Origin: Candidatus Kaiserbacteria bacterium
GTDB taxonomy: Bacteria > Patescibacteriota > Minisyncoccia > Phycocordibacterales > UBA918
NCBI GenBank assembly: GCA_019634005.1
Contig: JAHQWD010000003.1
Coordinates: 176,539 to 240,538, forward strand
Direction of reading: 5' to 3'
Length of the DNA stretch: 64,000 nucleotides
Under the pieces are notes generated by a model. That model was not told the DNA's origin, did not search any database, and was given only the letters and a program-made list of their open reading frames with translations. Shown in pieces: positions 28,902 through 38,602 of this stretch. Position 1 is the stretch's first letter. Each line of letters opens with the position of its first letter. Made by a program: the position numbers and the translations under genes.

Positions 28902-30077
28902 ATGTTTAATGACGTCCGCTACGGTCTCATCATAGATATCGGTTCAGCACAGATCGATGTAGCGCTGATTGAGTCTACTGAAGGGACAGAAAATCCTCGA
29001 TGTCTCTATACGGATTCTTTCCAGATGAATTTGTCGTATGCAATGACCGTTGAAGATCGGATTCGGAAGGTACGAAGAACACTTCGTGAAGCATACCGTG
29101 CGCTTGATACAGATGGTCTCCGTGCACTGAGGAGACATGGAGAGATAGAATCCTCACTTGCACGTACATTGATTGTCTTTCGTCCACCCTGGTCTCGGAC
29201 TGCAACACGGAAGGTCTTCTATAGGGATGTGACACCATTTACCGTGAATACAAAGTTCTTAGAATCCCTTTTTGAAACCTTGGAGAAAAAGCTGGAGAAA
29301 GAATATAAAGAAGATGACATTGCACATGCTTTTGACTTTGACATCATCGAGCATGCGGTTGTAGAGACGAAGGTGGACGGGAAACTTACTGAAGATCCAC
29401 TCGGTATGGAGGGGCAAGAGATCATGCTCCGTCATTACACAGGCCTTGCGCCAGAACAAGTCTCAAAAGACATTACTTCAATTCAGGAGCGAACATTTCC
29501 AGAGGTACCCGTGACACTCCACTCGTGTCAGTACATATCGTACAGAGTATTAGCAGAGGCATATCCAGATCTCAGTTCATTCTGCATCATCACCATCGCT
29601 GACGAAGCGACTGAGGTAGCCGTCATTATCAATGGGACATTGCGTTACGCAACAGTGCTCGGTACAGGAAGTAGCACGATTATGGGACAACCGTGGGAGG
29701 ATGCTCGTATAGGGGGTAGGCATACAACACGACATATACGGAGCCTTATTGAAGGAACTGCTTCAGAAGAAGACCGTGCAAAGTGTCAAAAAGCATTGTG
29801 GGAATATGGGCGAACACTCCGTGAGGCACTTATTGAGATTGAAAAACACCTTCGTATTCCCCGTACAACCATGGTTTTGGTACCTGAGGAGGTTCGTGGC
29901 GCCTTTGTCGGTCTCTGTGAAGAGACACTTTTAGAGGTTATAGGCGAATCTTCAACTGTGTTTGTGCCAGAAGATATCACTATGGATCATGTAGACGGTG
30001 CAGAAATACCGCTTCCGCTTCGTATTGCGGGACATTTTTTCCACAAATTAGATAAACTGGGAGAGAGGACACAATAG
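28902..30077 (+). CDS. Divergent FtsA/PilM-like actin-fold protein
   Basis: N-terminal LIIDIGS phosphate-1 motif; IITIADEATEVAVI..GTG second lobe. Confidence 0.6.
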   Translation: MFNDVRYGLIIDIGSAQIDVALIESTEGTENPRCLYTDSFQMNLSYAMTVEDRIRKVRRTLREAYRALDTDGLRALRRHGEIESSLARTLIVFRPPWSRTATRKVFYRDVTPFTVNTKFLESLFETLEKKLEKEYKEDDIAHAFDFDIIEHAVVETKVDGKLTEDPLGMEGQEIMLRHYTGLAPEQVSKDITSIQERTFPEVPVTLHSCQYISYRVLAEAYPDLSSFCIITIADEATEVAVIINGTLRYATVLGTGSSTIMGQPWEDARIGGRHTTRHIRSLIEGTASEEDRAKCQKALWEYGRTLREALIEIEKHLRIPRTTMVLVPEEVRGAFVGLCEETLLEVIGESSTVFVPEDITMDHVDGAEIPLPLRIAGHFFHKLDKLGERTQ

Positions 30078-30100
30078 AGATATAACGCTATACTAGATAT

Positions 30101-31405
30101 ATGTCACAGAAATGGAATCTTGGGGATATCAAACCATCTGATAGGAAGCCTCGTCGGCCGCGCTCTATGCGTGAGGGAAGTATGGCGGCACCGCAAAGAG
30201 CGGAGCGTCCAGCACGGCAGCCGAAGCCTCGACCAACCTATGGTCGTATTGGTAGTGGAAAGAATCGAACACCATTGTTTGTTGGAGGAGTTGCGGTATT
30301 GATTATTGTTGTTGCTGTCCTCATTGCAGGAGCACTTGGTGGTGCGACCGTGCAAATTACACCAAAGACACAGGATGTCACTATTGATACTGCAGTGACC
30401 GCTTCACCAGATACAGCAGGTGGTCTTTCATATGAGCTTCTCACACTTGAAGCAGAAGGAGAGCGGCAAGTGTCTGTCTCTGGTTCTGAGGAAGTGTCTG
30501 AGCAGGCGACAGGAACCATTACTATCTACAATGAATATAGTACGAGTGTACAGCGACTGATTAAGAACACTCGTTTTGAATCTCCAGAAGGACTCATCTA
30601 TCGTATCCAAGAATCTGTCGTTGTACCTGGTATAACAAAAGACAGTGAGGGGAATACTATTGCTGGGAGCATTGAAGCAGAGGTCTTTGCCGATGCACCA
30701 GGTGAAGCGTACAATATCGGTCCGTCTCGATTCACCATTCCTGGACTTGAAGGATCTGACCAGTATGACCGCATGTACGCAGAGTCTACTAATGCCTTTA
30801 CTGGGGGATTTGAAGGAGAACAGTATTTGATTGACGGAGGAGACCTTACAACAGCACAGACAGCACTTCATGGAGAGCTTGAAGAAGCACTTCGTGTTCG
30901 TCTTGAAGAAGAACGACCACTTGGATTCACCCTCTTTGACGATGCGGTAACTTTTGCGTACGACACACTTCCTTCAGCAGATGCAGGAGAAGGGAAGGCA
31001 ACCATCCGTGAACGTGTACGTCTTGTAGTACCACTCTTCAAAGATGAGAGCTTTGCACAATTTGTTGCACAGAATACTATTGCTGATTACAAAGATGAGC
31101 CAGTATTGTTGCAAAATATAGATTCTCTTTCCTTCACGTATGGAGAAGACACTGCACAGGTTGCTGATATCAGTACGGCAGCGAGTATTTCGTTCACACT
31201 CGCGGGTAAAGCAACACTCATTTGGCAGTTTGATGAAGCAGCACTTCGTGAAGATTTAACAGGGGTCTCTCGTGCACTCCTGCTTTCAGTACTTTCAGAA
31301 TATCCAGCAATCTTGCGGGCAGAAGCAAAGATTCATCCATTCTGGAGGAAGTCCTTTCCTGACAATTCAGACGACATTACGTTTGAGACCACTATTCCTG
31401 AATAA
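30101..31405 (+). CDS. Membrane-anchored protein with baseplate J/gp47-like beta domain
   Basis: TM then ATGTITIYN..LIKNTRF..VVVPG..EVFADAPGEAYNIG..FTGG. Confidence 0.65.
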   Translation: MSQKWNLGDIKPSDRKPRRPRSMREGSMAAPQRAERPARQPKPRPTYGRIGSGKNRTPLFVGGVAVLIIVVAVLIAGALGGATVQITPKTQDVTIDTAVTASPDTAGGLSYELLTLEAEGERQVSVSGSEEVSEQATGTITIYNEYSTSVQRLIKNTRFESPEGLIYRIQESVVVPGITKDSEGNTIAGSIEAEVFADAPGEAYNIGPSRFTIPGLEGSDQYDRMYAESTNAFTGGFEGEQYLIDGGDLTTAQTALHGELEEALRVRLEEERPLGFTLFDDAVTFAYDTLPSADAGEGKATIRERVRLVVPLFKDESFAQFVAQNTIADYKDEPVLLQNIDSLSFTYGEDTAQVADISTAASISFTLAGKATLIWQFDEAALREDLTGVSRALLLSVLSEYPAILRAEAKIHPFWRKSFPDNSDDITFETTIPE

Positions 31406-31449
31406 TTTATGTTGACGGTATTTCATTATTCTGCTAAACTCACCCTCGT

Positions 31450-31677
31450 TTGATGCAAGATCAAGCGAACAAAAATGAAGAACTAGTCTACGGCACTGTC
31501 GAAGAGGCACTTCCTAATGCCCTTTTTCGCGTTAAGCTGGATGACGAAGAAGAACTCTCTCTTGCATACCTTGCAGGAAAGATGCGTCGGTTTCGTATCC
31601 GCGTGCTTGTAGGAGATAGGGTAGCAATTGTTCCAGATCCATACGGAGGCAAGGGACGCATTACCAAACGACTTTAG
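31450..31677 (+). CDS. infA: Translation initiation factor IF-1
   Basis: [34 protein letters not shown]; promoter TTGACG-17-TAAACT at 31412-31440. Confidence 0.96.
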   Translation: MMQDQANKNEELVYGTVEEALPNALFRVKLDDEEELSLAYLAGKMRRFRIRVLVGDRVAIVPDPYGGKGRITKRL

Positions 31678-31680
31678 ATT

Positions 31681-31797
31681 ATGAAAGTACGATCATCTGT
31701 TAAAAAAATGAGTCCTGACGACCAGATCGTTCGCCGACGCGGACGAGTCTATGTTATTAACAAGCGGAAGCCCCGCCATAAGCAGCGACAAGGTTAA
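31681..31797 (+). CDS. rpmJ: 50S ribosomal protein L36, Cys-free form (missing from ORF track)
   Basis: Hand translation: [38 protein letters not shown]. Confidence 0.96.
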   Translation: MKVRSSVKKMSPDDQIVRRRGRVYVINKRKPRHKQRQG

Positions 31798-31800
31798 GAT

Positions 31801-32178
31801 ATGCGAATTTCAGGTATAAACATTCCAGACGAAAAGCAACTTGGGTATGGACTCACGGCTGTTTACGGTATCGGTCGCTCACGTGCGCTTGATCTACTTG
31901 CAGAACTCAATATCGACCCGACCGCAAAGCCAGATAGTCTTTCTACAGAAGATGAGAACAAAGTTCGCGAAAAGATCGAGTCATTCACTATCGAAGGAGA
32001 ACTCAAGCGAGAGACCAGTGCAAACGTAAAGCGTCTGAAGGATATTCAGTCATATCGTGGCGGTCGTCACGCACGTCGTCTACCCGCACGTGGACAGCGT
32101 ACAAAGACCAATGCTCGTACACTGAAGGGTGCTAAGAAAACTATGGGAAGTGGTCGTCGTAAGCTTGAAAAGACTTAA
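31801..32178 (+). CDS. rpsM: 30S ribosomal protein S13
   Basis: RISGINIP..YGIGRS..LPARGQRTKTNART. Confidence 0.97.
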   Translation: MRISGINIPDEKQLGYGLTAVYGIGRSRALDLLAELNIDPTAKPDSLSTEDENKVREKIESFTIEGELKRETSANVKRLKDIQSYRGGRHARRLPARGQRTKTNARTLKGAKKTMGSGRRKLEKT

Positions 32179-32208
32179 AATTTGAGCAATTTATATTTCG
32201 AATGACAT

Positions 32209-32640
32209 ATGGGTAAGAAACGAATTATTAAAAAAGGAGGAGGATCAGACGTAAGCGGAACATCACGTGCGCTTAATCGTGTGCCTAAGAAAAAAGTGGC
32301 GACTGGTATTCTCAACATCCTCGCAACCTTCAACAACACACTCCTGACACTTTCTGATGCGAAAGGAAATTCTCTTATCGCAGCATCCTCTGGAGCACTT
32401 GGTTTCCGTGGATCTCGAAAGAGTACACCCTTTGCAGCTGCAAAGGTAGGAGAGATCATCGGAGAGAAAGCGGTGCAGATGGGTATGAAAGAGGCTGCGG
32501 TTGTGGTGAAGGGAGTAGGCGCTGGTCGAGAGTCTGCACTTCGTGGTTTTTCGAGCCACGGAATCAACATCACTTCTATTACTGATAAGACGCCTGTGCC
32601 ACATAACGGGCCGCGTCCACCTAAGGCACGTCGTGTGTAA
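32209..32640 (+). CDS. rpsK: 30S ribosomal protein S11
   Basis: ATFNNT..GFRGSRKSTPFAA..TPVPHNG. Confidence 0.97.
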   Translation: MGKKRIIKKGGGSDVSGTSRALNRVPKKKVATGILNILATFNNTLLTLSDAKGNSLIAASSGALGFRGSRKSTPFAAAKVGEIIGEKAVQMGMKEAAVVVKGVGAGRESALRGFSSHGINITSITDKTPVPHNGPRPPKARRV

Positions 32641-32651
32641 TCAATTGTATT

Positions 32652-33263
32652 ATGAAACTAGGTCCAAAATTTAAAATTGCAAAGCGTCTTGGAGCACCAA
32701 TCTTCGAGAAGACACAGACACAGAAGTTTGCACTTTCTGAGGCTCGTGGAGGACGCATGAAGAAGCGTCGTCCAGGGCAGAAGAGTGACTACAGCAAGCA
32801 GTTGACTGAGAAGCAGAAGATGCGTTTCAGTTACGGCGTTGCAGAGCGTCAGTTCCGCACGTACGTAAATGACGCTATCTCTAAAAAGGGACACCAGCCG
32901 ATTGCATACCTCTTCGCACGTCTAGAGTCTCGTCTTGATAACGTTGTGTACCGTCTTGGTCTTGCAAAAACTCGCCAGATGGCGCGTCAGATGGTGGTAC
33001 ATGGTCACGTAACCGTAAACGGACGCAAACTCTCTGTACCATCACATCAGGTGCGTATTGGGGACACCATTACCGTGCGTGATGGTTCAAAGGAGAAGGG
33101 ACTCTTTACAACACTTGCGGATGATCACACACCAGCAGGTGTACCAAACTGGCTCTCATTTGATGTAAAGAAGATGAGCGGCGAGAAGAAGGCCGAACCA
33201 GTATTTGAGGCTTCTGAGGCACTGTTTGATCCTCAGCTCGTACTTGAGTACTACAGTCGATAG
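32652..33263 (+). CDS. rpsD: 30S ribosomal protein S4
   Basis: EKQKMRFSYG, LESRLDNVVYRLG, ARQMVVHGH, EYYSR. Confidence 0.97.
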   Translation: MKLGPKFKIAKRLGAPIFEKTQTQKFALSEARGGRMKKRRPGQKSDYSKQLTEKQKMRFSYGVAERQFRTYVNDAISKKGHQPIAYLFARLESRLDNVVYRLGLAKTRQMARQMVVHGHVTVNGRKLSVPSHQVRIGDTITVRDGSKEKGLFTTLADDHTPAGVPNWLSFDVKKMSGEKKAEPVFEASEALFDPQLVLEYYSR

Positions 33264-33296
33264 TCGAAATTATATTGCTCTAACCAAAAAATCACT

Positions 33297-34262
33297 ATGT
33301 TGGAAACAAATGTCACACTACCATCAAAGCCACGCGTTGTAACTGAAGAAGGATTTCAGGGGACTTTTGAGATTGACGGACTATACCCAGGGTACGGACA
33401 CACACTAGGTAACTCTCTTCGTCGTATTATCCTTTCATCTCTTCCAGGGGCAGCGATTACACAGGTGAAAATTACTGGTGCAGAGCATGAGTTCTCTACA
33501 CTTGAAGGTATTAAAGAGGATGTGATCACACTCCTCCTTAACCTTAAGCGTGTACGTATTGCCTCACACAGCGAAGAGCCTCTTACCATGACACTGAAAG
33601 CAAAGGGTGCTGGTGTGGTGACTGCAAAGGATATCGACGCTCCATCACAGATTGAAATTTTGAATCCAGAGCAGCCAATTGCTGAGATTACAACAAAGAC
33701 TGGGACACTTGAGATTGAGATGACCGTAGAGCACGGGCTTGGGTACGTGCCACGTGAGGTACACCAGAAGGATAAGGTAGATATTGGTACTATCGCACTT
33801 GATGCAGTGTTTACACCAATCCGTCGTGCAAACTACGAGGTGGAGAACATGCGTGTGGGAGACCGTACAGACTACAACCGTCTTCGTGTGACGGTAGAGA
33901 CTGACGGAACACTTTCTCCACGTGAGGCGCTTGAGAACGCGATTGAGATCATGATTCACCAGCTGAAGGCTGTAATCGGCTTCCAGGAGGAGGTAGCAGA
34001 GGCTCCAAAGATAGAAGAACCAGCAACTGATGCTGACTCTGAGGATGAAGAGGTGGACTCTGATACCTTGAAGACACGTATTGAGACACTTGATATCTCT
34101 GCACGTACCCTTAAGGCACTTGAGGATGCGAGCATCCGAACCATCGGGGGACTTGTGCGAAAGAAAAAAGATGATATTCTTGCGCTCGACGGTATTGGAG
34201 ACAAAGGACTCGAGGAAATTGAGGAGGTACTCTCTTCACTCGGAGCAAGTCTTAAGGAGTAA
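33297..34262 (+). CDS. rpoA: RNA polymerase alpha subunit
   Basis: GYGHTLGNSLRRIILSSLPG, HEFSTLEGIKED, alpha-CTD. Confidence 0.98.
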   Translation: MLETNVTLPSKPRVVTEEGFQGTFEIDGLYPGYGHTLGNSLRRIILSSLPGAAITQVKITGAEHEFSTLEGIKEDVITLLLNLKRVRIASHSEEPLTMTLKAKGAGVVTAKDIDAPSQIEILNPEQPIAEITTKTGTLEIEMTVEHGLGYVPREVHQKDKVDIGTIALDAVFTPIRRANYEVENMRVGDRTDYNRLRVTVETDGTLSPREALENAIEIMIHQLKAVIGFQEEVAEAPKIEEPATDADSEDEEVDSDTLKTRIETLDISARTLKALEDASIRTIGGLVRKKKDDILALDGIGDKGLEEIEEVLSSLGASLKE

Positions 34263-34273
34263 CGTTTAGAAGT

Positions 34274-34630
34274 ATGCGACACCACAATAACAACAGAACA
34301 CTTGGACGGACACGCCGCGGAAAGACAGCCCTTATGCGTGGTCTTGCTTTGAAGCTTATCGAGAACGGTAAGATTAAGACCACTGAGGCTAAGGCACGAG
34401 AACTTCGTCCCTACATTGAGAAGATGGTAACCACTGCAAAGGAGGATACGGTTGCAACACGTCGTCTCATTGCTTCACGTCTTGGAGAGCCAAAGAGCGA
34501 TGTGCTTGGAAAGCTCTTTACTGAGGTTGCACCACAGTACAAGGAGCGTGATGGTGGTTATACACGAATTATTAAGATGGGTCGCACGACTGCTGGACGT
34601 GACGAGGCGGTAATCGAGTTTGTTGCGTAA
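34274..34630 (+). CDS. rplQ: 50S ribosomal protein L17
   Basis: MRH..LGR..IKTTEAKARELRP..GGYTRIIK. Confidence 0.97.
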   Translation: MRHHNNNRTLGRTRRGKTALMRGLALKLIENGKIKTTEAKARELRPYIEKMVTTAKEDTVATRRLIASRLGEPKSDVLGKLFTEVAPQYKERDGGYTRIIKMGRTTAGRDEAVIEFVA

Positions 34631-34631
34631 T

Positions 34632-34994
34632 ATGGAAACGACTATGGAGAAAAAGGAATATACAATTGATGCAACAGGAAAGCGTCTTGGACGTATGGCA
34701 ACTGAAGTGGCTACTATTCTTCTTGGAAAGAATGAGCCAGACTTCGCAAAGAATGTTGTTACTCCTGTATCTGTAACTATTCTAAACGCAAGTAAGCTTG
34801 ATATCTCTGAGAAGCGTAGAGAGGAAGAATTCCAGACATACTCTGGATACCCAAGTGGACGTAAGGTGGAGACACTTGGACATCTTGCGGAGCGTCGTGG
34901 GTACGCTGAGGTAGTACGTCGGGTAATCTCTGGCATGCTTCCAAAGAATAAACTGCATAAACTTCGTATGCAAAACCTAACCGTAACCGAGTAA
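34632..34994 (+). CDS. rplM: 50S ribosomal protein L13 (short form)
   Basis: IDATGKRLGRMAT..LLGKN..YSGYPSG..GMLPKNKL; start 34632 or 34644. Confidence 0.93.
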   Translation: METTMEKKEYTIDATGKRLGRMATEVATILLGKNEPDFAKNVVTPVSVTILNASKLDISEKRREEEFQTYSGYPSGRKVETLGHLAERRGYAEVVRRVISGMLPKNKLHKLRMQNLTVTE

Positions 34995-35002
34995 TTATTT
35001 AT

Positions 35003-35404
35003 ATGGCAGAAAAACGATACATTGAGGCTGTAGGACGACGAAAGACCGCATCTGCGCGTGTCCGCATCACTCCTGCGAACGAAACGAGCATCGTGGTGAA
35101 CGAAAAGCCACTTGCAGAGTATTTCTCACTTGAGGCACATACTACTGACGTAGAGAGCGTGCTTAAGATAGAGGATGCAGGTATTGATAACTACACCATC
35201 ACTGCGAAAGTACACGGCGGGGGACTTTCATCACAGGCAGAGGCAATCAGGCTCGGTATTGCACGTGCACTTGTGAAAGAAAAGGAAGACCGACGTGTGC
35301 CGCTTAAGAAGGAAGGATTCCTTAAGCGAGACCCACGTTCTGTAGAGCGTAAGAAGTTTGGACTTCTCAAGGCTCGTAAGAAGCCAGCGTGGTCTAAGCG
35401 ATAG
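35003..35404 (+). CDS. rpsI: 30S ribosomal protein S9
   Basis: GRRKTASARV, GGGLSSQAEAIRLGIARAL, ERKKFGLLKARK..SKR. Confidence 0.97.
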   Translation: MAEKRYIEAVGRRKTASARVRITPANETSIVVNEKPLAEYFSLEAHTTDVESVLKIEDAGIDNYTITAKVHGGGLSSQAEAIRLGIARALVKEKEDRRVPLKKEGFLKRDPRSVERKKFGLLKARKKPAWSKR

Positions 35405-35410
35405 ACGAGA

Positions 35411-35432
35411 GGCTCCCGAGAGGGAGTTTTTT
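35411..35432 (+). terminator. Terminator of ribosomal protein operon
   Basis: GGCTCCC-gaga-GGGAGTT followed by T tract. Confidence 0.85.
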
Positions 35433-35527
35433 GTTTATATATCTAAAGATGTGTTATGATTCACTTTATCAAGTTGCGCTGATACTAACCTTACGCAGGA
35501 CGTTTTTAACAATAAACTACCTACCGA

Positions 35528-36229
35528 ATGTCAGCACGACAAACTTCTAATTGGATATCACTCTCAGACATGATGACTGGTCTCATGCTAGTCTTTTTGC
35601 TAATTGCAATTATTACCATTTCTCAAGTATCAGAGAGAGAGTCTAAGAGAACTGAGTTAATTACAGAGTTTGAAAACACCAGATTAGAAATATATGAGGA
35701 ATTGGAGAAATCTTTTGGTGATAAACGTAGCGAATGGGGTATTGAAATATCGGAGGATCTGACCATTAAGTTTGAAAACCCGGATGTACTTTTTGGATAC
35801 CTGAGTTCGAATATCACGCCCTCATTCCGTGAAATTCTTAATGAATTCATTCCAAGTTATCTAGACATAGTTAATAGTGATAAGTATTCAGAAAAAATTA
35901 AAGAAGTGCGTATTGAAGGACATACTGCCGACTGGAGCGATTATTTGTTTACAATAAAACTCTCTCAAGAAAGATCTAACGCAGTGCTTGCGTACATATT
36001 CTCAAGTGATTACTTCTCGAGTTTGCCTTCAGAGAACAAGGAAAAGATTAAGTTTTGGTTTACTTCCAATGGGCTGGGAAATGGACGAACTCTAGATAGT
36101 GAGGGCGAGTTCACCTTTGAATCTAAGGGAGACGTAGACGTGAAGTCTAGAAGGGTTGAATTCCGTATCGTTACGAATAGTCAAGAACTTGTTGAGCAAA
36201 TTATAGATAATTTAAAAAATAACAATTAG
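35528..36229 (+). CDS. MotB/OmpA-family protein, ZorB-like
   Basis: TM with conserved Asp (WISLSDMMTGLMLVFLLI); OmpA-like RIEGHT, LSQERSNAV, SRRVEFRI. Confidence 0.85.
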   Translation: MSARQTSNWISLSDMMTGLMLVFLLIAIITISQVSERESKRTELITEFENTRLEIYEELEKSFGDKRSEWGIEISEDLTIKFENPDVLFGYLSSNITPSFREILNEFIPSYLDIVNSDKYSEKIKEVRIEGHTADWSDYLFTIKLSQERSNAVLAYIFSSDYFSSLPSENKEKIKFWFTSNGLGNGRTLDSEGEFTFESKGDVDVKSRRVEFRIVTNSQELVEQIIDNLKNNN

Positions 36230-36232
36230 CAT

Positions 36233-37210
36233 ATGGATCTCTTTACTTTTATCTTTATACCCGCGTGGATACTATTTACTCTGTACATGCCTTATAAGTA
36301 TCGTTTTAGAGGCGTCCAAGAGGGGCAAATGCTTGCAACTGGTCTTGGTATCTTAGGAACATTTTTTGGGATTTTAGTTGCTCTATATAACTTTGATACA
36401 GCTCATATAGCAGAATCTGTGCCGTTACTGCTTGATGGTCTAAAATTTGCCTTTGCCACCTCCGTGGTTGGGATGGGTTATTCACTGTACATAGGCCTTT
36501 TCCCAGAAAAATTTGAACCTGACCAATCTTCAATTGATCCAAAGGACAAGAAAGAGTCTGAACTACTTGCTGAAATGCTTGAAGAGATGAAGGCACTAAA
36601 TGGGAACATTTCCGGAGAAAATGATACGACACTCATAACTCAAGTTCAAAAGTTAAGAACAAGTGTTACTGACAAGCAGGACGAACTCAAAAAATCTTTT
36701 GATGACTTTGCAAAAGAGATGGCAGAGAACAACATGAAGGCTCTGGTTGAAGCAGTTGAAAAAGTCATGGAGGATTTCAATGCAAAAATTAATGACCAGT
36801 TGGGGGAGAACTTCAAGAGACTTAGTGAGGCAGTTGAAAATCTTGTTGTCTGGCAAGATCAGTATCGCGAACAGCTTACAGTTTCTGTTGAAATGCTGAC
36901 AAAAACAAGCGAGTCTGTAGATAAATCTTCAGAATCTATCGCGACGTTTACTGACCGCGCTAAAGAATTTGATGCTAGTGCAGAGAAATTGAAGGAGTCC
37001 CTGGAAACAATCGGAGCCTCAATGACTGGACTCAAGAATCTTGCAGACACCTTAGAAGATAGCGGGAAGAAAATTCGAAATGAAATGAGTGAGATTACTA
37101 AGCAAAATATCACTGAACTAGGAGAAAACTTAAAAGGTATCTCAGAAAAACTAGTCGAAGACTATAGCTACCTGCAGAAGATGATGCAGACTGTTCTTGA
37201 TAAAAAATAA
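36233..37210 (+). CDS. MotA/TolQ/ExbB-like protein with helical tail, ZorA-like
   Basis: Three TMs incl. LGILGTFFGI and LLDGLKFAFATSVVG, then about 200 aa coiled-coil tail. Confidence 0.85.
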   Translation: MDLFTFIFIPAWILFTLYMPYKYRFRGVQEGQMLATGLGILGTFFGILVALYNFDTAHIAESVPLLLDGLKFAFATSVVGMGYSLYIGLFPEKFEPDQSSIDPKDKKESELLAEMLEEMKALNGNISGENDTTLITQVQKLRTSVTDKQDELKKSFDDFAKEMAENNMKALVEAVEKVMEDFNAKINDQLGENFKRLSEAVENLVVWQDQYREQLTVSVEMLTKTSESVDKSSESIATFTDRAKEFDASAEKLKESLETIGASMTGLKNLADTLEDSGKKIRNEMSEITKQNITELGENLKGISEKLVEDYSYLQKMMQTVLDKK

Positions 37211-37212
37211 GC

Positions 37213-37983
37213 ATGGAAAAACGGCTTATTGATACAAATGGATGGGGACTTGTTCTAGATACAATTGGTGCGGAGAAAGCTGAGTTCAGTTTTCTGAACA
37301 AAGAAAATCGTGTAAGACATGAGAAATTTAGTGCAAATGGTATTGAGTGGTCTGAGGTACGCAAGTTACGTGAGACATTTAAATCAGAACACCCGTTTAT
37401 TGATGCAGAAGGAAGACCATTTGTATTGTTTATTTACGATCAAGCAGCTGCAAATTGGAGAGATAGCGATAGAGAATACAAATATCATTTTTGTTGGTGT
37501 AGCACTCTAGAGACCATGCAGGACTTCGGTCGAAGGGGGAGGTATAAACCAAAATATGATGTAGATAACAACACCTTTACAGTGAATAGAGGTAATTCTG
37601 ATGAGCTCAGAGAAATGAACGTTTGTAAAAACTGTCTCAGAAAAATGGATTTCAAAGGATATGGGCATACTACTTATCAAAAGAAAACTTTAATTTATAG
37701 TGAGTTTGATATTGCGTATTTCTTTTCTCTTAAATTGCCACAAGATTTACTAAAACCTACACATCCATTTCATACAGGTAAATACACCTCTGACTGGAAA
37801 CAGGTTAGAGAGAAAATCATCATGGAACGTGGTGGTAAATGTGAGACGTGTGGAACTGTCAATCATTTGCAAGTGCACCATATAAACGGTATCAAAGACG
37901 ATAATTCTTCTTCAAACCTCAAGGTACTTTGCTACACTCACCATTCTGAACAACCTATGCATGGACATATGCGCCAACTTTGA
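37213..37983 (+). CDS. HNH endonuclease, ZorE-like
   Basis: YHFCWCSTL..GRY, VCKNCL, C-terminal CETCG..LQVHHING..DN..NLKVLC..HH. Confidence 0.82.
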   Translation: MEKRLIDTNGWGLVLDTIGAEKAEFSFLNKENRVRHEKFSANGIEWSEVRKLRETFKSEHPFIDAEGRPFVLFIYDQAAANWRDSDREYKYHFCWCSTLETMQDFGRRGRYKPKYDVDNNTFTVNRGNSDELREMNVCKNCLRKMDFKGYGHTTYQKKTLIYSEFDIAYFFSLKLPQDLLKPTHPFHTGKYTSDWKQVREKIIMERGGKCETCGTVNHLQVHHINGIKDDNSSSNLKVLCYTHHSEQPMHGHMRQL

Positions 37984-38008
37984 CACCACCCTTTTTTCAC
38001 GATACAAT
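37980..38008 (+). promoter_or_regulatory. sigma70 promoter of grpE-dnaK
   Basis: TTGACA 37980-37985, 17 nt, TACAAT 38003-38008. Confidence 0.8.
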
Positions 38009-38037
38009 GCCAGCACTAAATACTTTTGGAAGTAGCT

Positions 38038-38592
38038 ATGTCAGATGAAAAACATACAGAAGAGGAGGTTTTTGAAGATGCTCCGTCTGAAGATATGGAG
38101 ATAGAGGATATAGAGGAGGCAGAGGGAGATAAGCTTAAAACGCTTCGCGATAAGCTTCGAACATGCGAGGAAGAGAAACGCGGACACCTTGAAGAACTCC
38201 AGCGCACCAAGGCAGACTTTTTAAATAGCAAGCGTCGCCTTGAGGAGCAGTTAGAGAGAGACAAGGAGCGTATCACTGAGAAGCATATCGAAACACTTCT
38301 TCCACTCGCTGACAGCTTCGATATGGCCATGGCAGACCCCTCGTGGGAGAGTTGTGACGAGAAGTGGCGGAAAGGAATAGAAGGGGTATTTGCACAGTTA
38401 CAAGGAATACTAAAAGGACACGGAGTAGAGAAGGTGGGAGCGTCTGGAGAGACATTTGATCCAGAAAAGCATGAGGCAGTCTCCAACGCTCCTGGAGAAG
38501 AGGGAAAGGTGGTAGATGTTTTACAAGCAGGATATACGGCAGGAGGTCGTATCATCCGTCCCGCAAAAGTTATCGTCGGGGTTAAGAGTTAA
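38038..38592 (+). CDS. grpE: Nucleotide exchange factor GrpE
   Basis: QRTKADFLNSKRR, FDPEKHEAV, LQAGY..IIRPAKVIV. Confidence 0.96.
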   Translation: MSDEKHTEEEVFEDAPSEDMEIEDIEEAEGDKLKTLRDKLRTCEEEKRGHLEELQRTKADFLNSKRRLEEQLERDKERITEKHIETLLPLADSFDMAMADPSWESCDEKWRKGIEGVFAQLQGILKGHGVEKVGASGETFDPEKHEAVSNAPGEEGKVVDVLQAGYTAGGRIIRPAKVIVGVKS

Positions 38593-38602
38593 GTAACGAA
38601 AT

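Noticed and set aside
30101-31405. Baseplate-J-like protein as evidence of a prophage or tailocin
   Set aside because: Membrane-anchored, flanked by alaS and infA, no other phage genes
35528-37210. Flagellar stator MotAB or ExbBD/TolQR
   Set aside because: No flagellar, TonB or Tol genes nearby; the long helical tail and linked HNH nuclease fit Zorya better
38010-38038. CIRCE operator before grpE (CAGCACT..AGTAGCT)
   Set aside because: Does not match TTAGCACTC-N9-GAGTGCTAA in sequence or spacing; no hrcA in the window
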